From NCBI GenBank assembly GCA_963740105.1, contig CAVUCT010000013.1, forward strand, positions 6,359 to 70,358: DNA of 64,000 bases. Direction: 5' to 3'. The DNA is from an uncultured Gaiellaceae bacterium. GTDB lineage: Bacteria; Actinomycetota; Thermoleophilia; Gaiellales; Gaiellaceae. Shown here in pieces: positions 11,323 through 21,100 of this stretch. The position numbers were made by a program, and so were the translations under genes. Numbering within the stretch: position 1 is the first letter of the stretch; every line of letters starts with the position of its first letter. The notes under the pieces are model-generated. The model did no database searches and had not been told where the DNA came from. It saw nothing but the letters and a program-made list of their open reading frames with translations.

Positions 11323-11955
11323 TTAGCTCTCCGTCGCCTCGTCGCCGGCGGGCTCTGACGCCTCCGGCTCCACCGACTCGCCCGCCTCAGCCTCGGGCGC
11401 CTCGTCCTCCGGCTCGTCCGTCTCCACCACGGGCGCAGTCGCCTTGTGCTTCTTCTTCTTGCGCTCGACCGGCTCGCGCAGGCGCGTCACCGTTCCGCCC
11501 GCAGCCTCGATCTTCTCCACTGCCGACCTCGAAAACGAGTGCGCCGTGACGGAGAGCTTCGTCGTGAGCTCTCCCTCGCCCAGGATCTTCACGTCCACGG
11601 ACAACTTGGCGATGAGCCCCGCGGCCTTCATCGTCTCGGGCGTGACGTCGGCTCCCGCGTCGAAGCGCTCGTCGAGGCTCGCGACGTTCACGGGCTGCGA
11701 GTAGGTGCGGAACGGGCCGATCGGCATCGCGTCCGCGGACGTGTTGCCACGGAGCTTGCCGACTCGCATGTCGATCGGCATCTGACCGCCCTCGAAGCCG
11801 GCGGGCATCTTGTTCGACCCCGCGCGGGACTTCTGGCCCTTGATGCCGCGCCCGGAGTAACGGCCCTTGCCCGAGCCGAGGCCGCGACCGACACGCTTCC
11901 GGTCCGTGCGCGGCTGTGCGGGCTTCAGGTTGGAGAGATTCAGCTCGTCGCTCAT
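11323..11955 (-). CDS. rplO: 50S ribosomal protein L15 with ~60-aa acidic C-terminal tail
   Basis: ORF 11323..11955: LSNLKPAQPRTDRKRVGRGLGSGKGRYSGRGIKGQKSRAG. The tail reads KKKKHKATAPVVETDEPEDEAPEAEAGESVEPEASEPAGDEATES. Confidence 0.95.
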   Translation of the reverse strand: MSDELNLSNLKPAQPRTDRKRVGRGLGSGKGRYSGRGIKGQKSRAGSNKMPAGFEGGQMPIDMRVGKLRGNTSADAMPIGPFRTYSQPVNVASLDERFDAGADVTPETMKAAGLIAKLSVDVKILGEGELTTKLSVTAHSFSRSAVEKIEAAGGTVTRLREPVERKKKKHKATAPVVETDEPEDEAPEAEAGESVEPEASEPAGDEATES

Positions 11956-11956
11956 G

Positions 11957-12136
11957 TCACTTCGCCTCGATGGTCACGAGATGGCGTACCTGGCGCAGCA
12001 TGCCCTGCAGCTGGGGCGAGTCCTTGTGGTCGGCGCTGCGACCGATCTTGCCGAGGCCGAGCGCGCGCAGGGTGCCGAGATGACGATCGGACTGACCGAT
12101 CCCACTCCGCACCTGAGTGATCTTGAGAGCGCTCAC
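11957..12136 (-). CDS. rpmD: 50S ribosomal protein L30
   Basis: Own translation (too short for the ORF track): [63 protein letters not shown] at 12136 overlaps the rpsE stop (GTGA). The stop lies 1 nt before the rplO ATG. Confidence 0.9.
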   Translation of the reverse strand: MSALKITQVRSGIGQSDRHLGTLRALGLGKIGRSADHKDSPQLQGMLRQVRHLVTIEAK

Positions 12137-12756
12137 TCGCTCGTCTCCTCGGGCTCAGTGACCTCGACGACAGCCTGTTCTGCCGGAGCCGACTGCTCCG
12201 CCTCGGCCGCCTCGGCCGCCTTGGCCTGCTTCGCGGCGCGCGCGGCGTCGGAGACCGGGAGGACCTGGGCGATCGTGAGGCCACGCATGGCCGCAACGTC
12301 CTCGGGGCGGACGAGCCGCTTGAGGCCGTCGACGGTTGCCCGGCACATGTTGATCGGATTCGTCGTGCCGAGGCTCTTCGCGAGCACGTCGCGGACACCG
12401 GCGAGCTCGAGCACCGCGCGCGTGCCGCCGCCGGCGATCACGCCGGTTCCCTCGCTGGCGGGACGGAGAACGACGCGGGCCGCGTCGAAGCGCCCCACGA
12501 TCTCGTGCGTGATCGTCTGGCCGTGCTTGGGGACGGTGAAGAGGTTCTTGCGAGCGTCCTCGACGGCCTTCGAGATCGCGAGGGGCACCTCCCGCGCCTT
12601 GCCGTAGCCGAGGCCGACGCGGTCGACCTCGTCGCCGATGACGACGAGCGCGGTGAACGAGAAGCGCCGTCCACCCTTGACGACCTTCGCCACGCGGTTG
12701 ATCTCGATGACCCGCTCCTTGAGCTCGCGGGACTCACTGACCTGGGACATGCTCAA
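12133..12756 (-). CDS. rpsE: 30S ribosomal protein S5 (acidic/Ala-rich C-terminal tail)
   Basis: ORF 12133..12756: [28 protein letters not shown]...GTGVIAGG. Confidence 0.96.
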   Translation of the reverse strand: MSMSQVSESRELKERVIEINRVAKVVKGGRRFSFTALVVIGDEVDRVGLGYGKAREVPLAISKAVEDARKNLFTVPKHGQTITHEIVGRFDAARVVLRPASEGTGVIAGGGTRAVLELAGVRDVLAKSLGTTNPINMCRATVDGLKRLVRPEDVAAMRGLTIAQVLPVSDAARAAKQAKAAEAAEAEQSAPAEQAVVEVTEPEETSE

Positions 12757-13103
12757 AACTGGAGTCCTCCTTCGCGCGCTCCCTCGGCAAGGGCCTTCAC
12801 GCGTCCGTGGTACAGGTAGCCGGCGCGGTCGAACACGCAGCTCTCGATGTCTGCCTTCTTCGCAGCGTCCGCGAGCGCCTTGCCGACCGCGCTCGCCTGC
12901 TCGGTCTTCGAGCCGCTCGAGCTGACGGCCTTCCAGCTCGCTGCGGCCAGCGTCCGCCCGGTCTGGTCGTCGATCAGCTGTGCGCTGATCCCCCGGTTCG
13001 AGCGGAACACCAGCAGGCGCGGCCGTTCGGCCGTACCCGCGATCTTGCTGCGGACGCGCCGATGCCGGCGCATGCGCGCCTGGCGCTTCGTGAGGACGCT
13101 CAT
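12753..13103 (-). CDS. rplR: 50S ribosomal protein L18
   Basis: ORF 12753..13103: [20 protein letters not shown]...[26 protein letters not shown]. Confidence 0.96.
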   Translation of the reverse strand: MSVLTKRQARMRRHRRVRSKIAGTAERPRLLVFRSNRGISAQLIDDQTGRTLAAASWKAVSSSGSKTEQASAVGKALADAAKKADIESCVFDRAGYLYHGRVKALAEGAREGGLQF

Positions 13104-13633
13104 GCTCGCTTGCCCACCTTCCGGCGAACCTGCTCGCCGGTATAGCGGATGCCCTTGCCCTTGTACGGCTCCGGCGGACGCACCTTGCGGATCTCCGCCG
13201 CCGTCTGGCCGACCATCTGCTTGTCGATCCCCTTCACGATCACTTGCGTCGGGGTGGGTACGTCGAACTCGATCCCCTTGCGCGGCTTCACGACCACGGC
13301 GTGGGAGAAGCCCACAGCGAGCTCGAGGTCGGTTCCCTTGAGCTGCGCTCGGTAGCCGACCCCCTGGATCTCGAGGTGCTTCTCGTAGCCCTTCGTGACC
13401 CCCTCGACCATGTTCGCGATGAGCGTCCGCGTGAGCCCGTGGAGCGCGCGATCCTCGCCGCGATCGGTCGGCCGGGTGACGGTTATCTCCGACTCCGACT
13501 TCTCGACCTGCATCCGCGCGGGCACGTCCTGGGAGAGCTCTCCGAGTGGCCCGTTCACCTGAACGCGGCCAGGGGAGATCGCCACCATGACGCCGGCGGG
13601 AAGTTCGATAGGTCTACGGCCGATTCGTGACAT
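13100..13633 (-). CDS. rplF: 50S ribosomal protein L6
   Basis: ORF 13100..13633: [15 protein letters not shown]...[22 protein letters not shown]. Confidence 0.96.
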   Translation of the reverse strand: MSRIGRRPIELPAGVMVAISPGRVQVNGPLGELSQDVPARMQVEKSESEITVTRPTDRGEDRALHGLTRTLIANMVEGVTKGYEKHLEIQGVGYRAQLKGTDLELAVGFSHAVVVKPRKGIEFDVPTPTQVIVKGIDKQMVGQTAAEIRKVRPPEPYKGKGIRYTGEQVRRKVGKRA

Positions 13634-13635
13634 CG

Positions 13636-14052
13636 CTACCAGACGAACGCGATCACTTCGCCGCCGACGCCGCGCTCGGCGGCCTGGCGGTTGGTGACGA
13701 GCCCCTCGGAGGTGGACATGATGGCGGTGCCGAGACCGCCGAGCACGCGCGGGAGACGATCCTTCCGCGCGTAGACGCGGCGCCCCGGCTTGGAGACGCG
13801 CTTGAGGTCGGTGATGACGCGGCGCCGGTCGCGCGCGAACTTCAACTCGACGACGAGGATGCGGTACGGGAGGGCCTGACCCTTGTCATCGGTGCCGTCG
13901 ACGACGCGGAAGTCCTTGATGTAGCCCTCGTCCTTCAGGAGCCGCGCGATCTCCTCCTTCATCTTCGAGGTCGGCATCGACGCCGAATCGTGCAGCGCAC
14001 GGTTGGCGTTTCGAATCCTGGTCAGCATGTCCGCAATGGGATCGGTCAGCAC
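13636..14052 (-). CDS. rpsH: 30S ribosomal protein S8
   Basis: ORF 13636..14052: [19 protein letters not shown]...GGEVIAFVW. Confidence 0.96.
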   Translation of the reverse strand: MLTDPIADMLTRIRNANRALHDSASMPTSKMKEEIARLLKDEGYIKDFRVVDGTDDKGQALPYRILVVELKFARDRRRVITDLKRVSKPGRRVYARKDRLPRVLGGLGTAIMSTSEGLVTNRQAAERGVGGEVIAFVW

Positions 14053-14064
14053 GTTCGTTCCTCC

Positions 14065-14250
14065 CTACCAGCTCGACTTCGTCATTCCCGGCACGGCGCC
14101 CTGGTGCGCGAGCTCGCGCAGGCAGATCCGGCACATGCCGAACTTGCGGTACACCGCGCGCGGGCGACCACAGCGGTTGCAGCGCGTGTAGGCGCGCACC
14201 TGGTACTTCGCCTTCCGCTTCTGCTTGACGACGAGCGACTTCTTGGCCAT
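14065..14250 (-). CDS. rpsN: 30S ribosomal protein S14, type Z (zinc-binding, 61 aa)
   Basis: Last 61 codons of ORF 14065..14535: [64 protein letters not shown] at 14250 checked. Confidence 0.95.
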   Translation of the reverse strand: MAKKSLVVKQKRKAKYQVRAYTRCNRCGRPRAVYRKFGMCRICLRELAHQGAVPGMTKSSW

Positions 14251-14254
14251 TGGC

Positions 14255-14842
14255 TTAGCTCTGTTCCCTTCTGGAAGCGGCGAACGGGAGCCCGAGTGCG
14301 CCGAGGAGCGCGCGTCCGGCCTCGTCCGATTTCGCCGACGTTGTGATCGCGACGTCGAGGCCGCGGATCGCCGGAACCTTGTCGTAGTCGATCTCCGGGA
14401 AGATGATCTGCTCCCGGATCCCGATCGAATAGTTGCCGCGTCCGTCGAACGACTCGGGGTCGAGCCCGCGGAAGTCGCGGATGCGCGGGAGCGCGATCGA
14501 GGCGAGTCGATCGAGGAACTCGTACATGCGCGCACCGCGCAGCGTGACGCGAGCGCCGACTGGCATTCCCTCGCGAAGCTTGAAGCTCGCGATCGACTTC
14601 GTGGCGCGGCGCACCTGAGCGCGCTGACCGGCGATGAGCGTCAGCTCGTCGATCGCAGCGTCGAGTGCCTTCGCGTCCGTCTTCGCCTCGCCGACACCCA
14701 TGTTCAGCGTCACCTTCGTGACCCGCGGAACGTCCATCGGCGTGGAAGTGCCGAGATCGGACTGGAGCTGCGGGCGGATCTCCGCCTCGTAGCGCTCCTT
14801 GAGGCGCGGCACGTACGTCTCGGCAGTCGGTGCACTCGTCAT
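14255..14842 (-). CDS. rplE: 50S ribosomal protein L5
   Basis: ORF 14255..14842: [13 protein letters not shown]...[28 protein letters not shown]. Confidence 0.96.
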   Translation of the reverse strand: MTSAPTAETYVPRLKERYEAEIRPQLQSDLGTSTPMDVPRVTKVTLNMGVGEAKTDAKALDAAIDELTLIAGQRAQVRRATKSIASFKLREGMPVGARVTLRGARMYEFLDRLASIALPRIRDFRGLDPESFDGRGNYSIGIREQIIFPEIDYDKVPAIRGLDVAITTSAKSDEAGRALLGALGLPFAASRREQS

Positions 14843-15207
14843 TTGTCGATCTCCTGGCCGCAGCCCTCGCGCTTGCAGACGCGCACGTGAATGTGCCCGC
14901 CCTTCGCCTCCTTCTCGGCCATCCCGACCCGCGTCGGGTTGCCGCAGACGGGACAGACGACCATGACGTTCGAGACGGGGATCGGCGCGGGCTTGTCCAT
15001 GATCCCGCCGGGCACGATCTGCGCGCCGCCCATCCGCGAAGAGTCACGGATCGGACGCGGCTTCGTGTGCCGCTTGGCGACGTTCAGGTTCTCGACGATC
15101 ACGCGGCGCTCGGACGGGCGCGCCTCGATGACGCGGCCGCGCTTTCCGCGGTCCTTGCCGGCGAGGATCTGCACCGTGTCGCCCTTCTTCACCTTCATCT
15201 TCGCCAT
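14839..15207 (-). CDS. rplX: 50S ribosomal protein L24 with C-terminal CxxC...CxxxxC knuckle
   Basis: ORF 14839..15207: [20 protein letters not shown] (KOW). The C-terminus [40 protein letters not shown] was confirmed by own translation. Confidence 0.95.
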   Translation of the reverse strand: MAKMKVKKGDTVQILAGKDRGKRGRVIEARPSERRVIVENLNVAKRHTKPRPIRDSSRMGGAQIVPGGIMDKPAPIPVSNVMVVCPVCGNPTRVGMAEKEAKGGHIHVRVCKREGCGQEIDK

Positions 15208-15576
15208 CTAGAGAACCTCCGGCGCGAGAGAGACGATCTTCATGAAGTTCTTCTCGCGAAGCTCGCGCGCGACCGGACCGAATATGCGGGTCCCGCGCGG
15301 ATTGGACTGCGGATCGATGATGACGGCGGCGTTCTCGTCGAATCCGATGAGCGTGCCGTCGTCTCTCGAGAAAGGCTTCTTCGTGCGAACGACGACGGCC
15401 CGCACGACCTCACCTTTCTTGACCGCGCCCTGGGGCGTGGCCGTCTTCACGGTAGCAATGATCACGTCGCCGACCCGCGCATAGCGCCGGTGGGAGCCGC
15501 CGAGCACACGGATGCACAGGAGCTCGCGCGCCCCTGTGTTGTCCGCCACCCGAAGACGCGATTCCTGCTGGATCAC
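15208..15576 (-). CDS. rplN: 50S ribosomal protein L14
   Basis: ORF 15208..15576: [27 protein letters not shown]. Confidence 0.97.
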   Translation of the reverse strand: MIQQESRLRVADNTGARELLCIRVLGGSHRRYARVGDVIIATVKTATPQGAVKKGEVVRAVVVRTKKPFSRDDGTLIGFDENAAVIIDPQSNPRGTRIFGPVARELREKNFMKIVSLAPEVL

Positions 15577-16325
15577 TTGGCGGCCTCCACGATCTCCTGC
15601 AGGCGCCAGCGCTTCATCCGCGAGAGCGGGCGCGTCTCGACGATGCGGACGACGTCTCCGAGCTTCGCCTTGTTCTCCTCGTCGTGCGCGTGGAGACGCG
15701 TGGAACGCTTGACGACCTTCTTGTAGCGCGGGTGCAGCTTCACCGTGTCGACGCGGACGACGATCGTCTTGTCGGCTCCCGCCGACACGACCGTGCCCTG
15801 CCGCTCCTGCCGCCGACCGCGCTCGTGCTCGGGCTTCGGGAGCCGCGTGATCGACTTACGCTCCGCGGACGGGACGCGCTGCGGGCGTGTCTTCTTGGGC
15901 CGCTCGGAGCGCGGGACGTGCTTGCGCTTCGGCTTCGGCCCGGAGACCGCAGCGGGAGCGGCCTCGGCCGACGTCTCGTCGGGCGCAGGCTCCGCGACGT
16001 CGGCGACGGGCTCGTCCGGGGCTTCGTCCGCAGGCTCGACTTCGACCTCTGCGGCGGCGGGCTCAGGCTCGGCCGGAGCTGCCTCGGGCTCCGGATCCAC
16101 CTCGGGCTCGGGAGCAACTTCGTCCTCTGCCACCTCCGGCTCCGGCGCCGCCTCCGCAACGGGCTCCTCGACCTCGGGTTCGGGGTCGGCCTCTGCCGCC
16201 GGAGCATCGACCTCGGGCTCCGGATCAGCCTCTGCGGCAGGAGCCTCGACCTCGGTCTCCTCGACCGCGGCCACGGGCTCCTCCGGCGTCTCTTCGATCT
16301 CTGTGTTCTCTGTCTCGTCAGCCAT
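15573..16325 (-). CDS. rpsQ: 30S ribosomal protein S17 with ~170-aa N-terminal acidic Pro/Glu-rich plus basic extension
   Basis: The C-terminal ~80 aa of ORF 15573..16346 is canonical S17 ([68 protein letters not shown]). The same frame stays open back to ATG 16325, which lies 4 nt after the rpmC stop and follows GGAAAG. GTG 16346 is an alternative start. Confidence 0.85.
   Translation of the reverse strand: MADETENTEIEETPEEPVAAVEETEVEAPAAEADPEPEVDAPAAEADPEPEVEEPVAEAAPEPEVAEDEVAPEPEVDPEPEAAPAEPEPAAAEVEVEPADEAPDEPVADVAEPAPDETSAEAAPAAVSGPKPKRKHVPRSERPKKTRPQRVPSAERKSITRLPKPEHERGRRQERQGTVVSAGADKTIVVRVDTVKLHPRYKKVVKRSTRLHAHDEENKAKLGDVVRIVETRPLSRMKRWRLQEIVEAAK
16176..16253 (-). repeat. Imperfect tandem duplication (2 x 39 nt) inside the rpsQ extension
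   Basis: It encodes [13 protein letters not shown] / [13 protein letters not shown]. The nucleotide units at 16215..16253 and 16176..16214 differ at a few synonymous or near-synonymous positions. Confidence 0.7.
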
Positions 16326-16329
16326 GTCG

Positions 16330-16524
16330 CTACTTTCCTCGGTCACGCTCGTTCTGGACGGTCAGGATGCGCGCGATCTCGCGCTTTGCATGGCGCAGGC
16401 GCGCGCTGTTCTCGAGCACGCCGGTCGCCGTCTGGAAGTGCAGGTTGAAGAGCTCCTGGCGGGTCTCGGCCATCTTCCGGCCGAGCTCGTCGTCGGTCAG
16501 GGCTCGCAGCTCTCTAGCTCTCAA
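16330..16524 (-). CDS. rpmC: 50S ribosomal protein L29
   Basis: ORF 16330..16524: [27 protein letters not shown]. Confidence 0.95.
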   Translation of the reverse strand: MRARELRALTDDELGRKMAETRQELFNLHFQTATGVLENSARLRHAKREIARILTVQNERDRGK

Positions 16525-16939
16525 AGAGATCGGCCTCCCGGCGAACGAATTTGGTCTTCAGGGGGAGCTTCTGACCGGCGAGGCGAAGTGCCTCCTTGGC
16601 GAGGGTCTCGTCGACGCCCGCGAGCTCGAACATCACGCGACCGGGCTTCACGACGGCGACCCACCCCTCGGGCGAGCCCTTGCCGGAGCCCATGCGCGTC
16701 TCGGCCGGCTTCTTCGTGTACGGCTTGTCCGGGAAGAGATTGATCCACACCTTCCCGCTTCGGCGGATCTTGCGCGTCGCCGCGATGCGGGCAGCCTCGA
16801 TCTGGCGGTTGGTGATCCAACCAGCCTCGAGCGCCTTCAGCCCGTACTCGCCGAACTGCACGGTCGTCTGGCCTCTCGACGTACCGCGCCGGTGGCCGCG
16901 GTGGTGCCGGCGGAACTTCGTCTTGCGCGGCATCAACAT
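16514..16939 (-). CDS. rplP: 50S ribosomal protein L16
   Basis: ORF 16514..16939: [23 protein letters not shown] overlap with the rpsC stop. Confidence 0.96.
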   Translation of the reverse strand: MLMPRKTKFRRHHRGHRRGTSRGQTTVQFGEYGLKALEAGWITNRQIEAARIAATRKIRRSGKVWINLFPDKPYTKKPAETRMGSGKGSPEGWVAVVKPGRVMFELAGVDETLAKEALRLAGQKLPLKTKFVRREADLFES

Positions 16940-17907
16940 CAGCTGTCGCCCCCACTCTCGGGCGTCGCCTCGGGCGTCACGTCAGGAGTCGCCTCGGGTG
17001 CGGGAGCGTCCTGCACCTGGGGCTCCACGGCCGGAGCTTCGGACTCGGGAGCCGGCGGACCCTGCTGCAGGTCGCGGCGGGGACGCTGTCCCGGCCGTCC
17101 TCCGCCCGGGCGCGGGTTGCGCTTCTTTCGAGGCATGATTCCGAGCCCCTCACGATCCTGCGAGCGGCCGCGGCCCTCGCGCGATGCGCCGAGACCCTCC
17201 GCGGAGGCGCCGCGTCGGCGACGAGCCTGATCCTGGTCGCCGAGGCGCGTGTCGCGCCCCGTGGGCGCGTCGTAGCCCTCGGGCATGATCTCGCCCTTGT
17301 TGACCCAGACCTTGACGCCGATGATGCCGAAGGTCGTCTTCGCCTCGGCCTGGCCGTAGTCGATGTCGGCGCGGATCGTGTGGAGCGGAACGCGCCCCTC
17401 CGAGTACATCTCGCGGCGGCTCATCTCGCCGCCGCCGAGGCGACCACCCGCGGTGATCTTGATGCCCTGCGCACCCGAGCGCATCGCGGACGCGAGCGAG
17501 CGCTTCATCGCACGCCGGAAGCTCACCCGGTTTTCGAGCTGCTCCGCGATCGACTGCGCGACGAGCTTCGCGTCGAGCTCGGGGCGCTTGATCTCGTTGA
17601 TGTTGATGTGGACGTTCTTCTTCGTGATCGCGTGCAGCTCCTTACGGAGCGCGTCGACCTCGACGCCCGACTTCCCGATGACGATGCCCGGGCGGGCCGT
17701 GTAGATGTCCACCGTGATCCGCTGCTTGTCCTTGCGAATGAGGATGTCCGAGAGACCCGCATGCGACAGCTTCCCGAGGATGTGCTCGCGGATGCGAACG
17801 TCCTCGAGGAGGTAGGCGGCGAACTCGGGCTTGCCCGTCCACCAGTTCGACTTCCAGTCGTGGATGACGCCGACGCGGAAGCCGCCGGGATGCACTTTTT
17901 GGCCCAT
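16939..17907 (-). CDS. rpsC: 30S ribosomal protein S3 with ~100-aa C-terminal extension
   Basis: ORF 16939..18333 trimmed to ATG 17907: [23 protein letters not shown], with a KH domain. The tail is [12 protein letters not shown]...[20 protein letters not shown]...[22 protein letters not shown]. Confidence 0.94.
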   Translation of the reverse strand: MGQKVHPGGFRVGVIHDWKSNWWTGKPEFAAYLLEDVRIREHILGKLSHAGLSDILIRKDKQRITVDIYTARPGIVIGKSGVEVDALRKELHAITKKNVHININEIKRPELDAKLVAQSIAEQLENRVSFRRAMKRSLASAMRSGAQGIKITAGGRLGGGEMSRREMYSEGRVPLHTIRADIDYGQAEAKTTFGIIGVKVWVNKGEIMPEGYDAPTGRDTRLGDQDQARRRRGASAEGLGASREGRGRSQDREGLGIMPRKKRNPRPGGGRPGQRPRRDLQQGPPAPESEAPAVEPQVQDAPAPEATPDVTPEATPESGGDS

Positions 17908-18380
17908 CAGGCAACCGCCTCCTTCTTGCGTCGTCGGGTCTTGGCCTTCGGCGTGGAATCTTCCGGCGGGGCAGATGCCGCGGTCTCGGCCTGCTTGCGC
18001 GGGCGCCTTCTCGTGTTCTGCTCGGGGACCTCGGCGAGCACCAGCGTCACGTGGCACGTGCGCTTGCGGATCCGGTTGACACGACCGCGGGCACGAGGCT
18101 TCCAGCGCTTCAGCGTCGGCCCCTCGTCGGCGAACGCCGCCTCGACCACGAGCTCGTCGCCGTCGAGGCCGTGGTTCGCCTCGGCATTGGCGACCGCGGA
18201 ACGAAGCACCTTCTCGATGTCCGTCGCGGCGGCGCGCTGCGTGAACGCGAGAATCGTCCGCGCCTCGGGCACGCTGCGCCCGCGGATGTGGTCGAGCACG
18301 AGCCGCGCCTTGCGGGCGGACGTGCGAACCCACTTCGCCTGCGCGCGAACGCGCATCCGATCGTCTTGCGTCACGGCCAT
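17907..18380 (-). CDS. rplV: 50S ribosomal protein L22 (basic C-terminal tail)
   Basis: ORF 17907..18875 trimmed to ATG 18380: [39 protein letters not shown] overlaps at both ends. Confidence 0.94.
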   Translation of the reverse strand: MAVTQDDRMRVRAQAKWVRTSARKARLVLDHIRGRSVPEARTILAFTQRAAATDIEKVLRSAVANAEANHGLDGDELVVEAAFADEGPTLKRWKPRARGRVNRIRKRTCHVTLVLAEVPEQNTRRRPRKQAETAASAPPEDSTPKAKTRRRKKEAVA

Positions 18381-18664
18381 CAGCGCTTCTTCACCTGGGT
18401 CGAGCGGTCGCCGGCGTGGCCGCGGAAGGTCCGGGTCGGTGCGAACTCGCCGAGCTTGTGCCCGACCATCTGTTCGGTCACGAAGACGGGCACGTGCTTG
18501 CGTCCGTCGTGGACCGCGATGGTGTGCCCGACCATCTCCGGGAAGATCGTCGAGGAGCGTGACCAGGTGCGGATCATCCGCTTCTCGCCGCTCGCGTTCA
18601 TCGCCTCGATCCGGCCCATGAGCCGGTCCTCGACGAAGGGTCCTTTCTTGGAAGATCGGCTCAC
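18380..18664 (-). CDS. rpsS: 30S ribosomal protein S19
   Basis: ORF 18380..18664: [15 protein letters not shown]...[38 protein letters not shown]. Confidence 0.97.
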   Translation of the reverse strand: MSRSSKKGPFVEDRLMGRIEAMNASGEKRMIRTWSRSSTIFPEMVGHTIAVHDGRKHVPVFVTEQMVGHKLGEFAPTRTFRGHAGDRSTQVKKR

Positions 18665-19510
18665 TTAGCGCTTCCTCTCCTTGCCGCGGCGCCGGCCGCG
18701 GACGATCAACTTGTCGGATTCCTTGTGCTTGCGGCGCGTGCGCTTTCCGAGCGTCGGAACGCCCCACGGGGTGACGGGATGACGCCCGCCCTTCGTCTTC
18801 CCCTCGCCGCCGCCGTGCGGGTGGTCGACCGGGTTCATGGCCGAGCCGCGAACGGTCGGGCGCTTGCCGAGCCACCTGCTCCGGCCGGCCTTGCCGCTCG
18901 CCTGGTTCGAGTGGTCCGTGTTCCCGACCTGTCCGACGGTGGCACGGCAGGTGAGCAAGACGCGACGAAGCTCCCCGGAGGGAAGCCGCAGGACCGCGTG
19001 CGGGCCGTCTTTCGCGACGAGCTGGATCGCGGAACCCGCCGAACGCGCCATCCGGGCGCCCTGGCCCGGCCTGAGCTCGACGCAGTGCACCATCGTGCCG
19101 GTCGGGATGTTCGACAGCGGGAGCGCGTTGCCGGGCTTGATGTCCGCCTCGGCGCCCGACTCGACGGTCGAGCCGACCCGGAGCCGCGCCGGGGCGAGGA
19201 TGTACGACTTCGCGCCGTCCGCGTAGTGCAGGAGCGCGATGCGCGCCGACCGGTTCGGGTCGTACTCGATCGCGGCGACCTTCGCGGGAATGCCGTCCTT
19301 CGTGCGCTTGAAGTCGATCGTGCGGAAGCGGCGCTTGTGGCCGCCACCCTGGTGCCGCGTGGTGATGCGCCCGCGGTTGTTCCGCCCGCCCTTCTTCGTG
19401 ATCGGCTCGAGCAGCGACTTCTCCGGCTCGGACTTCGTGATCTCCTCGAAGCCGGACGTCGCCATGAAGCGCCGGCCCGGACTCGTCGGCTTGTACTTCT
19501 TGAGTGCCAT
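18665..19510 (-). CDS. rplB: 50S ribosomal protein L2
   Basis: ORF 18665..19834 trimmed to ATG 19510: [16 protein letters not shown]...[21 protein letters not shown]. Confidence 0.96.
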   Translation of the reverse strand: MALKKYKPTSPGRRFMATSGFEEITKSEPEKSLLEPITKKGGRNNRGRITTRHQGGGHKRRFRTIDFKRTKDGIPAKVAAIEYDPNRSARIALLHYADGAKSYILAPARLRVGSTVESGAEADIKPGNALPLSNIPTGTMVHCVELRPGQGARMARSAGSAIQLVAKDGPHAVLRLPSGELRRVLLTCRATVGQVGNTDHSNQASGKAGRSRWLGKRPTVRGSAMNPVDHPHGGGEGKTKGGRHPVTPWGVPTLGKRTRRKHKESDKLIVRGRRRGKERKR

Positions 19511-19806
19511 CAGACGGCCGCCCCTTCGAAGATCTCGATCTCGTAACCCTCTCTGAGCTCGACGATCGCCTTCTTCCAACCCGGCCGGCGGCCCTTGATG
19601 AACCCGCGGCGCTTCGGCTTCGACTGCACCTTCACGATGTTGACGCTCGCGACCTTGACCTCGAAGAGCTCCTCGACAGCCTGGCGAATCTGCGTCTTGT
19701 GAGCGTCCTCGTGCACCTTGAACGTGTACTTGCGGTCGGTGATGAGCGAGTAGCTCTTCTCCGAGACCACGGGTGCGAGGAGGACCTGGTTCGGATGCAG
19801 GCTCAT
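19510..19806 (-). CDS. rplW: 50S ribosomal protein L23
   Basis: Last 98 codons of ORF 19510..20322: [52 protein letters not shown]. Confidence 0.95.
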   Translation of the reverse strand: MSLHPNQVLLAPVVSEKSYSLITDRKYTFKVHEDAHKTQIRQAVEELFEVKVASVNIVKVQSKPKRRGFIKGRRPGWKKAIVELREGYEIEIFEGAAV

Positions 19807-20455
19807 TCGCCGGCCTCCTCTTCCTCCGCCGCAATTCCCGCGCGTCCGAGTACGAGCGGCATCGCCGCCTCCGTGATGAGCACCGAGCGCGCCCACACGA
19901 GCGAGGCGACCTCGAGCTCGGCGGGCACGGTGACGAGCACTCTTCTCGAGGTTCCGGAACGACTTCACGACGAGCTCCTCATCCTCTGCCACGACGACGA
20001 GCGTGGGCCGCTCGCCCCAGGAGGCGACGAGCTCTGCAGCCTTGCGCGTCGAGGGGGCGTCGAAACTCGGAGGCGTCGAGAATCGCAAGCGTTCCGTTCG
20101 ATGCGTGGTGCGAGAGCACGCCGCGGAGCGCCTTGCGACGCGCCTTGCGGTTGACCTTGACCTCGAAGCTGCGCATTCCCGGCGCAAACGCGACGCCGCC
20201 GCCCGTCCAATGCGGAGCGCGCGTCGTGCCGGCGCGCGCACGTCCCGTGCCCTTCTGCCGCCACGGCTTCGAGCGGCCGCCGGCAACGAGGCCGCGGCTC
20301 TTCGTCCCCTTGGTGCCCGCACGTGCAGCGTTGAGCTCGGCGCGAACCGTCTCGTGCACGAGGTGCGGCGTCAGCTCGACGCCGAAGACGCCCTCCTCGA
20401 GGGAGACCTCCTTCGTCGAGCCGCCGATCACGGGTGCCTTGGGAGCCGCCATCAC
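19803..20455 (-). pseudogene. rplD: 50S ribosomal protein L4 gene interrupted by two +1 (extra-base) frameshifts; probable sequence errors
   Basis: The span is 653 nt, i.e. 217 codons plus 2 nt. Segment 1 (ORF 19979..20455) reads MMAAPKAPVIGG...RQKGTGRARAGTTRAPHWTGGGVAF...NGTLAILDASEF. Segment 2, in the frame of ORF 19510..20322, reads [40 protein letters not shown]. Segment 3, in the third frame (own translation), reads [45 protein letters not shown] and ends in the usual ATGA overlap with rplW. The shifts lie near 20063-20066 and 19940-19944. Confidence 0.85.
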
Positions 20456-21066
20456 GCGCTCACGATCTCGAGGATCCCGCTCTTCGGCCCGGGGACGGAT
20501 CCCCGGATGAGCAGGAGATTCCGCTCGACGTCCACCTCGTGGACGACGAGCCCCGGCTGCGTGACGCGCGTGCCGCCCATGCGGCCCGCCATCTTCATGC
20601 CCTTGAAGACGCGCGACGGATACGCCGACGCGCCGATCGAGCCCGGCTTGCGGACGTTGTGCGAGCCGTGCGACACGGGGCCGCGGCTGAAGTTGTGCCG
20701 CTTGATCGTGCCCTGGAAGCCCTTCCCCACCGTGAGACCCGAGACCTTGATCTCGTCGCCGGGCTCGAAGGCCTCGACGGTCACGGTCTCGCCGACGGTA
20801 AGCGGACTCTCGCCGCGGAACTCGACGAGATGACGGTGCGGGCCGAAGCCGGACTTCCTGAGATGACCGACCTCGGGCTTCGAGAGCTTCCGCTCGGCGA
20901 CCTCCTCGAACGCGAGCTGGACGGCGTCATATCCGTCGACGCCCGAGGTCTTCACCTGGACGACCGGGCACGGGCCCGCCTCGATCACGGTCACAGCCGT
21001 CATCACTCCCGTGTCCGGGTCGAAGACCTGGCTCATGCCGAGCTTCTTGCCGAGGATGCCCTTCAC
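20452..21066 (-). CDS. rplC: 50S ribosomal protein L3
   Basis: ORF 20452..21225 trimmed to GTG 21066: V/MKGILGKKLGMSQVFDPDTGVMTAVTVIEAGPCPVVQVKT. Confidence 0.95.
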   Translation of the reverse strand: MKGILGKKLGMSQVFDPDTGVMTAVTVIEAGPCPVVQVKTSGVDGYDAVQLAFEEVAERKLSKPEVGHLRKSGFGPHRHLVEFRGESPLTVGETVTVEAFEPGDEIKVSGLTVGKGFQGTIKRHNFSRGPVSHGSHNVRKPGSIGASAYPSRVFKGMKMAGRMGGTRVTQPGLVVHEVDVERNLLLIRGSVPGPKSGILEIVSA

Positions 21067-21100
21067 CGTGCTTGTCCTAGACGAACTGCGAAGCAATTCG

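Noticed and set aside
15990-16300. Repetitive GC-rich stretch as a possible CRISPR array or non-coding tandem repeat.
   Set aside because: The repeats are short, imperfect, in-frame and encode [15 protein letters not shown] peptide units inside the rpsQ ORF. There is no repeat-spacer periodicity.
16939-19834. Long N-terminal extensions in the ORF track for S3 (464 aa), L22 (322 aa), L2 (389 aa), and likewise S10 (326 aa), L3 (257 aa), S12 (518 aa), S14 (156 aa), L36 (151 aa), Zur (455 aa).
   Set aside because: The extensions are read-through of the upstream gene in another frame (Arg/Pro/Gly-rich junk). The canonical N-termini begin at internal ATG/GTG codons that form ATGA/GTGA overlaps with the preceding stop.
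19803-20455. Programmed ribosomal frameshifting in rplD.
   Set aside because: There are two separate +1 events with no slippery/stimulatory context that I recognise. No precedent for L4 is known to me. Two other unrelated genes in the window show the same kind of single-base insertion. Sequence error is the simpler explanation.
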